Positions 16,346 to 24,632 of a DNA stretch of 60,892 nucleotides are shown one piece after another (position 1 is the first letter of the stretch; every line of letters starts with the position of its first letter). Position numbers and translations under genes: made by a program. Location of the stretch: IMG/VR virus record IMGVR_UViG_3300044820_000060, positions 1 to 60,892 of that record. One strand, given 5' to 3'. The notes under the pieces are model-generated. The model did no database searches. It saw only the letters and a list, made by a program, of their open reading frames with translations, and was not told where the DNA came from. This DNA is from a virus. Taxonomy: Duplodnaviria > Caudoviricetes.

Positions 16346-16866
16346 AGAGTATCCTCATCCGTAGAAACAAACCCGAGCTTCTCAAGGTGCAGACTTGTGC
16401 AATATAGGATGAAGTTTGTGACTGAGCGTCGGTCGGCGGCTGCGGCGCGCTTAATCATTTCGTATTCATTAGGAGGAATGATTAGCGTCAATCTTGATGC
16501 AGGGAGTTCTCCGGTTCCCCTGTGTCTGCCTTTTCTTATTTTATCTGCTGCATTGTCGGCGCTTGTCCCAGGAAACAAATGAGACGGTCGAACACAAGGC
16601 GGATAGTCACACTTGTGGCACACCTCAAAACCAATTGGATCAATGCCGGTCTCTAAGAAATAAGATACACGGTGGGCGCAGCGCAAAGCACCGGAGACAT
16701 TAAACTGTCCATATTCCTTGAGTTCGAGAGCTGGTATCCAGGGCCAGCATCCGTCCTCGTCTTCTGTCTTGAGAACATTTCTCCAAAAACGGGAAATATC
16801 TTCAGAAGTTAGGCTCGGGATCGGTCTTCCTAGATAGGGGGGAAGAAGGTACTGCCCTGTTGCCAC
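16342..16866 (-). CDS. HNH endonuclease fused to a C-terminal RHH (DUF1778-like) domain
   Basis: CWPW...YGQF...AHRVSY...VCHKCDYPPCVRPSHLFPGTSADNAAD; RLTLIIPPNEYEMIKRAAAADRRSVTNFI. Confidence 0.85.
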   Translation of the reverse strand: MATGQYLLPPYLGRPIPSLTSEDISRFWRNVLKTEDEDGCWPWIPALELKEYGQFNVSGALRCAHRVSYFLETGIDPIGFEVCHKCDYPPCVRPSHLFPGTSADNAADKIRKGRHRGTGELPASRLTLIIPPNEYEMIKRAAAADRRSVTNFILYCTSLHLEKLGFVSTDEDTL

Positions 16867-17128
16867 TTTTTGGCTCCTCGTTGACTGTCAAGTCAACAAG
16901 GGCATCCGGTACAGGGAGCTTATTCTCCTTGAACCATCGGATAGCTTGCTCGGCAAGCGCAAAACGAACCCATTCTGCGAACTTCATTTTTCGTCGTCCG
17001 GCCACGTCTTCAAGCGCGGCCTTCCAGCTTTTGTCGCAGCGTATGCGGAATTGGTCATCCAATGGCATCACAGCGTTTTGAATGATCCGCATGAGTTCGT
17101 AAAGCCCCTTCTTGACTGAGGTATCCAA
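16802..17128 (-). CDS. Ribbon-helix-helix regulator heading the operon (start uncertain, possibly 17068)
   Basis: QFRIRCDKSWKAALEDVAGRRKMKFAEWVRFAL. Confidence 0.6.
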   Translation of the reverse strand: MDTSVKKGLYELMRIIQNAVMPLDDQFRIRCDKSWKAALEDVAGRRKMKFAEWVRFALAEQAIRWFKENKLPVPDALVDLTVNEEPKSGNRAVPSSPLSRKTDPEPNF

Positions 17129-17370
17129 AGAGCATACAATAGGTACACGCGAAAGGCAATAGCCAATCGTTTACGTTGCCAACTATGGATACCAAAGGCG
17201 GCAACCAGAAGTGAGCGCAACAGACCAAACTTTCGGAGATAAAAACCTAATGAGACACGGCGCGACCGCGCCACGCACAAGGTACAAGTTCTGATTTTTC
17301 TAAAGGGAAATGCCTCTTGCCTTGCTGTACGGCGGGCAAGAGGTTCCTTTCAAAAAGGAAGCGGTAAGCC

Positions 17371-17544
17371 ATGGGCGAAAAAAAACAGCCAATCACGGTC
17401 AAAAAGGACGGCGCGACTATCACCGCCTCGTCCAAGGAAGCGCTGAAGGCGTTCGCGGAAAAGAAGTTCAAGGCCGAAGAGTTGCAGGGCGAAATCGTCA
17501 CGACCGACAAGGACGGCTTCGTGATCAACATCGAGAAGCGCTGA
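17371..17544 (+). CDS. Small K/E-rich protein (57 aa)
   Basis: Hand translation MGEKKQPITVKKDGATITASSKEALKAFAEKKFKAEELQGEIVTTDKDGFVINIEKR; AAGGA RBS; TGATG overlap with the next gene. Confidence 0.65.
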   Translation: MGEKKQPITVKKDGATITASSKEALKAFAEKKFKAEELQGEIVTTDKDGFVINIEKR

Positions 17545-17975
17545 TGCTCCCGGCGCGCAGGTTCGGCCACCTCGACCATCTCATTGCGAATCTGTGGTGG
17601 GGTGCTGACTGCGGGCCGGTCGCCCTGGCGGCGATTCTGGGTCTACGTCTTGGAGACGTGCGCCGCCTCATCCCCGAGGGAAAGCCGCAACACGCCCTCG
17701 ACACGGCGCTGCTTCCCGAGATAATCCGGTGCGCGGGGCGATCTTATCGACTGGTGGGTCAGAGATTACCGGAGCACGGGATTGCCCTAATCAAGTTCGG
17801 CGGATGGCGGAAGCAGCCGGCGCATTGGGTAGCGGTATCAGGCTCTCATGCGCTCGACAGCACCTCTTGCCGGTGGGTTCCCGCGCTGGCGTGGCTGCGG
17901 TTTCTCGCGGTGTTGTCTATTTTGCTTGGCGGCAATGGCCGGTGGTGGGTGTATGTCGGCATCGAGGTCGAATAA
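17544..17975 (+). CDS. Papain-fold (C39-like) cysteine peptidase candidate
   Basis: ADCGPVALAAILG (Cys), AHWVAV (His), ALDS (Asp). Confidence 0.6.
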   Translation: MLPARRFGHLDHLIANLWWGADCGPVALAAILGLRLGDVRRLIPEGKPQHALDTALLPEIIRCAGRSYRLVGQRLPEHGIALIKFGGWRKQPAHWVAVSGSHALDSTSCRWVPALAWLRFLAVLSILLGGNGRWWVYVGIEVE

Positions 17976-18052
17976 CTCTGTGCGCTTTGCGTTTTTGGAT
18001 GGACACTTAAAATAGAACTGGCGTAAACCTAAATTTGACAATGGAGGACACT

Positions 18053-18265
18053 ATGAAAGAAGCGATTGAGCAGATAATCAGGTTGTGCAGGGAAATAACC
18101 GACGCCTGCGGAGAAGACGCCGATTGGGAATCCGAGGTCGAAAGACGCCAGCTTGATCATGAGACTGCAACCGTTATTCTGACGTTGCTTAATGCGGCGG
18201 TGTGCGGTGATCAGTACATGAGGACGCTGCTTCCTGCATTGCTCGAAGCGCCGATGCGACATTAG
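18053..18265 (+). CDS. Hypothetical protein
   Basis: GGAGGA RBS. Confidence 0.65.
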   Translation: MKEAIEQIIRLCREITDACGEDADWESEVERRQLDHETATVILTLLNAAVCGDQYMRTLLPALLEAPMRH

Positions 18266-18275
18266 GAGAAAGAGC

Positions 18276-18431
18276 ATGGTTAGATATATTCTTGTGTTAT
18301 TGGCCATCGCCCTTGCTTTGCTTGGGGCATGGCCGCTCTTGGAAGGCGGTCGGCCGGTCATTGGGTCATGGGTGATCGCTTTTTGCTTGGGTTGGTTCGC
18401 TGTTAGAGCTAGGACCAGCGACCGTCCTTGA
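18276..18431 (+). CDS. Small two-TM membrane protein (51 aa)
   Basis: Hand translation MVRYILVLLAIALALLGAWPLLEGGRPVIGSWVIAFCLGWFAVRARTSDRP; AGGAG RBS. Confidence 0.55.
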   Translation: MVRYILVLLAIALALLGAWPLLEGGRPVIGSWVIAFCLGWFAVRARTSDRP

Positions 18432-18459
18432 TGGCAACGGGACACGAGGGGGACAGGTA

Positions 18460-18651
18460 ATGACCTCTAGACGCCAGAGTAAGTTCGGTGCCAGCAAGAA
18501 GATTTTTCCTTACACACCCAAGCGCCCTTGGAAAGACCTAACAGACGAAGAACGGGCGCTCATACGCAAAGAGATTGATCTTAGAAAGGCACAGAAAGAA
18601 AGGCTCTCGGTTGCCTTGCAACAGGGCAAGGTTTTGAAAGCGGTAACATAG
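18460..18651 (+). CDS. Small basic hypothetical protein
   Basis: GAGGGGG RBS. Confidence 0.55.
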   Translation: MTSRRQSKFGASKKIFPYTPKRPWKDLTDEERALIRKEIDLRKAQKERLSVALQQGKVLKAVT

Positions 18652-18779
18652 TATCAAGCTCGGCGCGAGGCTACGTCAACTTAGTGCAAACTTTGCTTTT
18701 TTCGTGCGGATTGCGGTAGATTTTTCCGAAACCGGACATCAAGCAGAGGATTTTTAGAATATCCGTGTGGTTTAGAGGG

Positions 18780-19350
18780 GTTCCCTTCCTCGGCATCCAG
18801 TCAGATGCAAAGGAAGGGGTTTTAAATGTGTTACAGTCCCCGAGCGTAGGCGATTTCTCGCTTCCGCAATCCCCTCGCCCGGAGGGATAGGTCCGGGCGG
18901 TCCTCTCCTGCTCTGTTTCTCAGACAAGCAGGACGAGCCAGCAGAGAAAGCAAATGCCAGCTATGGCCCAAGATACACGCACGCAGACCTGCGTCAACCT
19001 CAATTCTACAAGTCAGACTTAACCACCGCCGAGATTAGAGCTTGGTGGTCGGTAGGCCATGCACGGTAGACGGTAGCGCCAAGTTCATGAAACGCCCTTA
19101 CTATGAGACCGCTGAGGGGCGGCGCAGCACCTAAGAGACTGACGCGCGCGGGCCGGGAGAAACCCCGGATAAAGGTAGGAGCCGAGTGGTACTGATTTCC
19201 GGCTCGTACTGAGAACAGTCCGCCGTTGGCGAGTCAATTCGACCAGCGGGCCATGCCGGGGGCCTCGTCCGAAAGGATCAGACAACATCGAGCATTTGGC
19301 ACTGGTCCAAGCCGAGAAAACATCTCGGCAAGGGCAACCTGTGCCAATTT
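18780..19350. ncRNA. Candidate structured noncoding region
   Basis: ~840-bp gap without a credible ORF, packed with hairpins and multibranch stems. Confidence 0.4.
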
Positions 19351-19497
19351 AGAAGCCTGAACCGAAGGATCAGCTCTTAAGGATAAGGTAAAACAACCTT
19401 AATATTAAGGTAGTAGGGCGGGTGCGGTGTGTTGCAGAATTGCCGCACAACCTAAGATGGGCGTAAGACTAAAGTAACACAATAGATAGGGATTGAG

Positions 19498-19710
19498 ATG
19501 GACGAAACCGGAGACATTGAACTTGCCGAAGACACGAAGAAAAAGGCCGTTTGCGGGAAGTGCTCTCACTTTGGCGGGCCACACCATCATAACTTTGGAA
19601 TGTGCATGGCTGACGACGATGTTCCTCTGCACGGCCTCTATCGAAGCCATTGTCCAAAATATGAACCGTTGAAGAAGAAAATGCGGGTACAGGGGGAGAT
19701 GCGGATCTAG
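19498..19710 (+). CDS. Small Cys-containing hypothetical protein
   Basis: CGKCSHF...GMC...CPKY. Confidence 0.5.
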   Translation: MDETGDIELAEDTKKKAVCGKCSHFGGPHHHNFGMCMADDDVPLHGLYRSHCPKYEPLKKKMRVQGEMRI

Positions 19711-19713
19711 GGC

Positions 19714-19983
19714 CTATGTGCGACCGTGTTTGATGTCGATCAGCGCGGCCTTGGCGTCGTTGCTGTTTTCGAACTCTCCGCCGATGTAAGCACCGAAATC
19801 CGTGACGATGAACCAAACGCGCGTGGTGGTCCTGCAATTCAATCGATGCCGCACCCACCACCGAGTCTCCTCGCCGCGGTCGAGCAGCCGATAGAACGGG
19901 TTCCCTCCCGCCGAGGTGCCTTCCTGCCAGGTATATCGCCCGTCGATGACAGGTGCCTCGCAAAATAAATCAGCTTGTGCCAT
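19714..19983 (-). CDS. Hypothetical protein
   Basis: ORF with phage-like composition. Confidence 0.5.
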   Translation of the reverse strand: MAQADLFCEAPVIDGRYTWQEGTSAGGNPFYRLLDRGEETRWWVRHRLNCRTTTRVWFIVTDFGAYIGGEFENSNDAKAALIDIKHGRT

Positions 19984-20103
19984 GCCCGCACGTTAACCGC
20001 AGGTTCACGGCGCGTCAATCGCACCTTGTCAACTTCAGGGATCTGTGACTATCTTCGGTGCGTCGGTTGTGCTGCGTTGAGACTGGCAATCAGCGGGGCA
20101 TCG

Positions 20104-20742
20104 GTGGCAGGCAAGACCAGCAAGCGCGAGCTCGCAAAGCAGCGCTCCCAATACGAAATTCTCGTCCGCGAATCCCTCAACACCATGTCCCGATATTTAA
20201 CGATGCACAGACCGTGCACCGATTTCTTGGAGTTCCAAGAGGGGTCTATCATCGAGGACATTCGCCGCCGGGGCCGATTGCGCCGGCATCACGTCCTGGC
20301 ATGGGCCAAATGGTGGGCGGTCGTGTGCGCGGCCCACGGGAGCACAGGCGGCATGACGGTGAGCTATCAGGAGCGCGTTGACACCTCCCTGCCGGTCGAT
20401 CCTCTGAGCGAGTACAGCCTGTACTTCAACAACAGCGAGGAGCTTGAGCGCGCCATCGATCGGTCTAAGCCGTACATCTACCTAACATCGGCGGCGGACG
20501 AGTATGCGCGGCTTTGGGAGTGGCTACGGCACGAGGAGCGGGGATTGATCGAGCAGCTTACCCGAGATTATCACCGAGCGAGCGGGCACCGAGACGTCCA
20601 CGCATCGACGTTGACCACACTCGGCATGGTGATGTCCGGCTACTCGGATAACCGGCAGTCGATTAGCGCGGGAGTAAGCCGGGTGCAGGCTTGTTTGAAT
20701 TCTGTTGCGGAATTTTACAGATTCCCTATTATGCAGGCTTGA
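20104..20742 (+). CDS. Putative late-gene regulator/antiterminator (Q-like by position)
   Basis: GTG start inferred; its stop overlaps a strong sigma70 promoter, as in the lambda Q-pR' layout; no direct motif match. Confidence 0.45.
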   Translation: MAGKTSKRELAKQRSQYEILVRESLNTMSRYLTMHRPCTDFLEFQEGSIIEDIRRRGRLRRHHVLAWAKWWAVVCAAHGSTGGMTVSYQERVDTSLPVDPLSEYSLYFNNSEELERAIDRSKPYIYLTSAADEYARLWEWLRHEERGLIEQLTRDYHRASGHRDVHASTLTTLGMVMSGYSDNRQSISAGVSRVQACLNSVAEFYRFPIMQA

Positions 20743-20767
20743 CAGACTCCGCCCGGCTTGCTATGTT
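20739..20767 (+). promoter_or_regulatory. pR'-like late promoter
   Basis: TTGACA-17-TATGTT with an extended TG, followed by a structured leader. Confidence 0.65.
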
Positions 20768-20910
20768 GCGATTCGTCGGGAGAATTGCGCCTTGCGCTAA
20801 GCGCGGTGCGGTCGGGGTAACGAACTGAACTCCTGATTTCATTGGGAAATTTAGTCTTGCGTCCGCAAATTCGGCTGTGAAAACAGCAAGGGCGTCGACG
20901 CGAATCACTC

Positions 20911-21096
20911 ATGACCATCATTCATCAGGCAGGCATCGCGTTGATCGCGGCCTCCTTTTTTGTGCTCGCGCTCATGGTCGCGAGGGTCATTCGTGCAGCG
21001 GCCAGGGGCCAGGACGTGAACGCGGTGCCGATCGAGGTCTATTCGGGGATCTCGATCGCTTGTTGTGTTGTGGGGCTCGGCCTCCTCATCGCGTGA
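20911..21096 (+). CDS. Small two-TM membrane protein
   Basis: Two hydrophobic helices. Confidence 0.5.
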   Translation: MTIIHQAGIALIAASFFVLALMVARVIRAAARGQDVNAVPIEVYSGISIACCVVGLGLLIA

Positions 21097-21168
21097 GATA
21101 GACGAGCCACGCATTGAGGTGCATCGTCCGGTGTTGCGCACGACGCTTCGTTGGTGTGAGGTAGCGGG

Positions 21169-21396
21169 TCATTTGAACGTGACTCCCTTTCCATAGACCC
21201 ATTCGAAATTAACGCAGTCTCCGCCATCGGTGATGATGACACGCTTGGTGAAGCCCATGCGGGCTCCGACGCTGTTGCAGTAGTGGTGAGCGGCGTCTAC
21301 GGCCTCCTTGGGGCCGACATTGCGCCGGACATATTCCGATGTGCCATCCTCGAAGAACTGGCACACAGAGAACTCCTCGCGGTCCTGGGTGGTCAT
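21169..21396 (-). CDS. Phage hypothetical protein
   Basis: EFSVCQFFEDG..EYVRR...RVIITDGGDC..FEW; ATGA coupling. Confidence 0.7.
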   Translation of the reverse strand: MTTQDREEFSVCQFFEDGTSEYVRRNVGPKEAVDAAHHYCNSVGARMGFTKRVIITDGGDCVNFEWVYGKGVTFK

Positions 21397-21581
21397 TGGG
21401 TTGCCTCATGGTGTTCGCAGGCTTCATACCGATTATAAGCGCCATCGTAATTGTTCTCGCAGCGCGCATAAGCCTCGGCAGTTTCCAAACAATCGAAAAC
21501 GATTGGATTGCCGGCTGAGTAGTTGACGGTCCCGACATATTCGCCGGTCCATTTGTTGTAGATCGCGACTTGGTAAAGCAT
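21393..21581 (-). CDS. Hypothetical protein
   Basis: GGAGGG RBS; TGATG overlap with the upstream frame. Confidence 0.6.
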   Translation of the reverse strand: MLYQVAIYNKWTGEYVGTVNYSAGNPIVFDCLETAEAYARCENNYDGAYNRYEACEHHEATQ

Positions 21582-21827
21582 CACGCCCTCCACGCTGCGC
21601 GAAGATCGGCTTGCGCGGATTCGTATCGCCTCATGGCGCGCTGGTAGGCGGTGCGCTTCCAGGCTCTAGCGGCCTCCCAAGCGAGCGCAAAAATAAACAC
21701 GCCAAGGCAGATAAGACCGCCGACGAAGCAGGCGGCGGTAATCGCGCCGCGGTAGTGGGTACTTTTGAAATTAAAGCCCATTGACATAGGCTAGCCTAAC
21801 GGAATCGACCATGCCATATTCAGAGGC

Positions 21828-22082
21828 ATGACACAGGAAACACCACGCAAAAAACGCCCCCGTGATCCGGCTCAGCTCGCCAAGTTAGTTGTCGATGTGG
21901 CAACGGGTGAGATTGAGGATCGGGAGCCGACCCCAGAAGAACAAGGCAAAGACGCGGCGGCGGTCAGTCTCGGGCGGCGCGGCGGTCTCAAAGGTGGCAA
22001 GGCTCGCGCAGAAAACATGACATCAGAGCGTCGTGCGGAGATCGCAAAGAAGGCGGCGGCGACGCGTTGGGCGAAGAAATAA
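21828..22082 (+). CDS. Small basic nucleic-acid-binding protein of a type often found beside IS transposases
   Basis: KRPRDPAQLAKLVVDVATGE...AAVSLGRRGGLKGGKARAENMTSERRAEIAKKAAATRW. Confidence 0.85.
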   Translation: MTQETPRKKRPRDPAQLAKLVVDVATGEIEDREPTPEEQGKDAAAVSLGRRGGLKGGKARAENMTSERRAEIAKKAAATRWAKK

Positions 22083-22267
22083 GCTATCTATTCGATCACA
22101 AATAGATCGCCGGAAACCAAATCCGGCGAGCTTTGTTTTTACAGGAGGGAAGGCTGCCATGAAACACTCGATCAAAGATTGGAACTCGATGATCCTGGCA
22201 AGAATGACAGGCCTTCCTTGCTCCCCTGGCACCTTGGAGAGTAATAACGATCCCTGTAATCCCAATG

Positions 22268-22615
22268 TCAGGATAACTTCCGATGCTGAATATTTAGCAC
22301 GGGGTTCCAGCGCTGGATCAGATCGCGCTCCTCAGTCAACCGAGCTTGCTCTCCGGCTGGTGTGGTGTGCGACATAACGTGCGTAGCGCCGATGCGTGAT
22401 GCGTCATCCCAGCGTTCATGGCTTGGAATTCGGGCTTGCAGATCGTCTGCTTGTCCGAAATAGAGAGGGACAAAGTTGCCGTTCGCCGAACGCTTTACAA
22501 AAGCGTAGTTTCCACCCTCCGCTTTGATGTTTTGTGCGATCTTTGGGCTGTTGAGAAACCAGTAGCGATAGGTTTTTCCGGATTGACCCGGCCAGTCGAT
22601 GAAGTCGTTAGGCAT
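22268..22615 (-). CDS. GIY-YIG-like nuclease domain protein
   Basis: GGNYAF...LYFGQADDLQARI..H...EERDLIQRWNPVLN. Confidence 0.7.
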   Translation of the reverse strand: MPNDFIDWPGQSGKTYRYWFLNSPKIAQNIKAEGGNYAFVKRSANGNFVPLYFGQADDLQARIPSHERWDDASRIGATHVMSHTTPAGEQARLTEERDLIQRWNPVLNIQHRKLS

Positions 22616-22704
22616 AGCTATTTCCTGTGTGAATCGTTCATTACATGACGGCAACTTGCATCGCCGCCAAATTCTGATATGATTCGCACGCTGAAAAGCG
22701 TGCG

Positions 22705-22791
22705 CGGAGGCGGTAGGATTCGAACCTACGAGACCTGCGACAGTCCGGCGGTTTTAAAGACCGCTGCATTCGACCACTCTGCCACACCTCC
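22705..22791 (-). tRNA. tRNA-Ser-type body with UUA anticodon (putative ochre suppressor)
   Basis: Acceptor GGAGGTG/CGCCTCC with G73; D-arm TGGCAGAGTGGTCGAATGC; anticodon arm GCGGT-CTTTAAA-ACCGC; long variable arm; T-arm GTAGG-TTCGAAT-CCTAC; no encoded CCA. Confidence 0.88.
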
Positions 22792-22973
22792 TTGAAGGCG
22801 CTTACCACGGCCCGTCTCTCTAGCTTTCCACGGCGACTAGAGACGGGCCTTAATGTTATCGGCCCGCACGTCGGCAAGTTGGAACGCGGGGCCTATCGCT
22901 CTTCTCGTCATCAATAACCTCGCAACTTGATTGCGCGTCATTTTGTAGCCCGCGCAACTCGGAGTCATACCCA

Positions 22974-23102
22974 CTACCCAAGCCTGCCACGAATTGACAT
23001 AGCGACTTGCTTAGCCGCGTCGTCGTCCCGCGCCTCGAAGTGAAGCTTCTCATGAGCACGGACGTTGAAGCTCCGGGTAAGTAGATACAGATACATTGTC
23101 AT
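22974..23102 (-). pseudogene. ORF truncated at the right inverted repeat of the cassette
   Basis: GGAG RBS; MTMYLYLLTRSF...MSIRGRLG; the TAG stop is supplied by the IR. Confidence 0.45.
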
Positions 23103-23153
23103 GGTGTTCTCCATAAAGGTTGTGGCCCTCCTAAGAGGGCCGTTGTGGGGTGG

Positions 23154-23450
23154 TTAGTACGATGCGTGAACTACGATTTCATCGCGCCCGTTTAGGTCGC
23201 GCTGAACAGCAGCGGCAAGCTTGAACGGGCTTTTCTCTAGCTTGCGCCAGTAGCCCATCGCCTCCGGTTCGTTGCGTGCGTCGATGATGACTTCCTGCCA
23301 TTGGTTGCCATCAGGCGATGGGATTATTGCGATAACCTCGCTTCCGACGATTATCCGCCAACCGTCTTTCGCGTAGAGCCGATCCTTGAGGGTAAGCCCT
23401 TCGACAAGCCAAGCTTGGCGACCGTTCCATTGATCTTTAGTAACTCGCAT
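23154..23450 (-). CDS. Hypothetical protein
   Basis: AAGGA RBS; followed by a GGCCCTC/GAGGGCC hairpin. Confidence 0.65.
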   Translation of the reverse strand: MRVTKDQWNGRQAWLVEGLTLKDRLYAKDGWRIIVGSEVIAIIPSPDGNQWQEVIIDARNEPEAMGYWRKLEKSPFKLAAAVQRDLNGRDEIVVHASY

Positions 23451-23703
23451 AGGTCTTTTCCTTTCGGTGGTTGGTGAAACCCTCAAGGGGGACCGATCTC
23501 GAAAATAGTTAGGCGTTACAGCCCAAGCTCCGGTTGCGGTTTCGGCGCGTGATCGTAGACCTTCATCCGCCGGGTCTTATGCGGTTCGCGCCAGGCCGGT
23601 GTTCTGTGCCTGTGAGTTGGAATGTAGGACAATCGCCCATACCAGTCAAGCGCCTTTTGAAATTTTTCTTGAAAAAAAATATTGATCGTCCTAGTTTATC
23701 ACC

Positions 23704-23910
23704 ATGGAAACTAGGACGAATGAAGATTTCAGGCAATGCCTGCGGGATTTGGATGTCTCCCAGCGTAAATTCGCTGACGAGATTGATACCGATTATTCCG
23801 CCGTCAATCGCTGGGCGCTTGGCAAGGCCAAGGTTCCCGGCGCGGTTTGGGCTTATCTCCGCTTGAAGTTCGAGATTCGCGAACTTGCCAAGAAAGCGGG
23901 GATGAGATGA
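23704..23910 (+). CDS. XRE-family HTH regulator
   Basis: LRDLDVSQRKFADEI...AVNRWALGKAKVP; the inverted repeat TCGTCCTAGTTT/AAACTAGGACGA spans its start. Confidence 0.8.
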   Translation: METRTNEDFRQCLRDLDVSQRKFADEIDTDYSAVNRWALGKAKVPGAVWAYLRLKFEIRELAKKAGMR

Positions 23911-24323
23911 GCAGCGGCAAAGCCCTAGACGAACTGCAACGAATCAACCTGCGCCAGCGTCGCGCTGAAGGTCTCGCGATTGAGATAGAGCGGCGGATTG
24001 AAAAAGCGTCGCCGTACATCCGCTACGAGGCGTCGCATGGAGCGCGACGGGCGATTTCAAATGCGATTCGCGACGTTCTAATGGAAGTCGGCGCGGATCT
24101 GATCACCGATCACGACCGATCGGAAGCCGGTCTTCCGCCTCGCGGTCCTGATGGATGGACGGTACAGGAGCTTCACGCGATAGAGCGCAGGCGCCTCGAA
24201 GCGCTGTACGCGCCTTTTGTGATTCGAAAGATCGATTCCTTGCCTCTCGATTTCAGTGAGATCGAAAATGACGGTCCGGTGTCTCCTAACTCGATACCGA
24301 TAGACGACAAAAAAGGCGGCTAA
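23907..24323 (+). CDS. Hypothetical protein
   Basis: ATGA overlap with the HTH gene. Confidence 0.65.
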   Translation: MSSGKALDELQRINLRQRRAEGLAIEIERRIEKASPYIRYEASHGARRAISNAIRDVLMEVGADLITDHDRSEAGLPPRGPDGWTVQELHAIERRRLEALYAPFVIRKIDSLPLDFSEIENDGPVSPNSIPIDDKKGG

Positions 24324-24352
24324 CTCGCCGCCTCCTTCAGCTTCTCACGGTC

Positions 24353-24541
24353 TCATGATTGAGGCCAAAGACGCTCCAAAAGAAGATTGGCGACTATAGC
24401 CAGGTCGAAGCATCCATCAATGGTAACAGGATTGCCGCGCTCATAATCGGATAACATTCCTATAAAGCAGTTATGATCGCCCTCGACTAGGCCATCATAA
24501 ATGGCGCGGACGACTTCATCAAGGGAAGGACGATCAGACAT
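24353..24541 (-). CDS. Hypothetical protein
   Basis: GGGGG RBS; IDGCFDL..VA. Confidence 0.55.
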   Translation of the reverse strand: MSDRPSLDEVVRAIYDGLVEGDHNCFIGMLSDYERGNPVTIDGCFDLAIVANLLLERLWPQS

Positions 24542-24632
24542 TGCGCGCCCCCATTTTCCATTCGACCATGCATTTTATGAAATACGACCAATACATTTTG
24601 ATTCTCCTGTTTTTGCGGTGATGAGGGCGTGC

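Larger units (their letters stand above)
21751..22978. mobile_element. Non-autonomous IS-like cassette bounded by 11-bp inverted repeats
   Basis: GGTAGTGGGTA at 21751 and TACCCACTACC at 22968-22978; carries three cargo genes; no transposase and no visible target-site duplication. Confidence 0.55.

Noticed and set aside
19377-19391. CtrA box-like TTAA-N7-GTAA
   Set aside because: One mismatch in an AT-rich patch; not distinguishable from chance
20911-21096. Holin / lysis cassette after the late promoter
   Set aside because: Two TM helices fit a holin, but no endolysin or spanin is adjacent; left as a membrane protein
21581-21787. Independent 68-aa gene starting at 21787
   Set aside because: Its first codons lie inside the IR-bounded cassette; more likely the distal part of an interrupted gene
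22705-22791. tRNA as attP/attL or a prophage boundary
   Set aside because: No integrase or duplicated 3' fragment in the window, and phage genes continue on both sides
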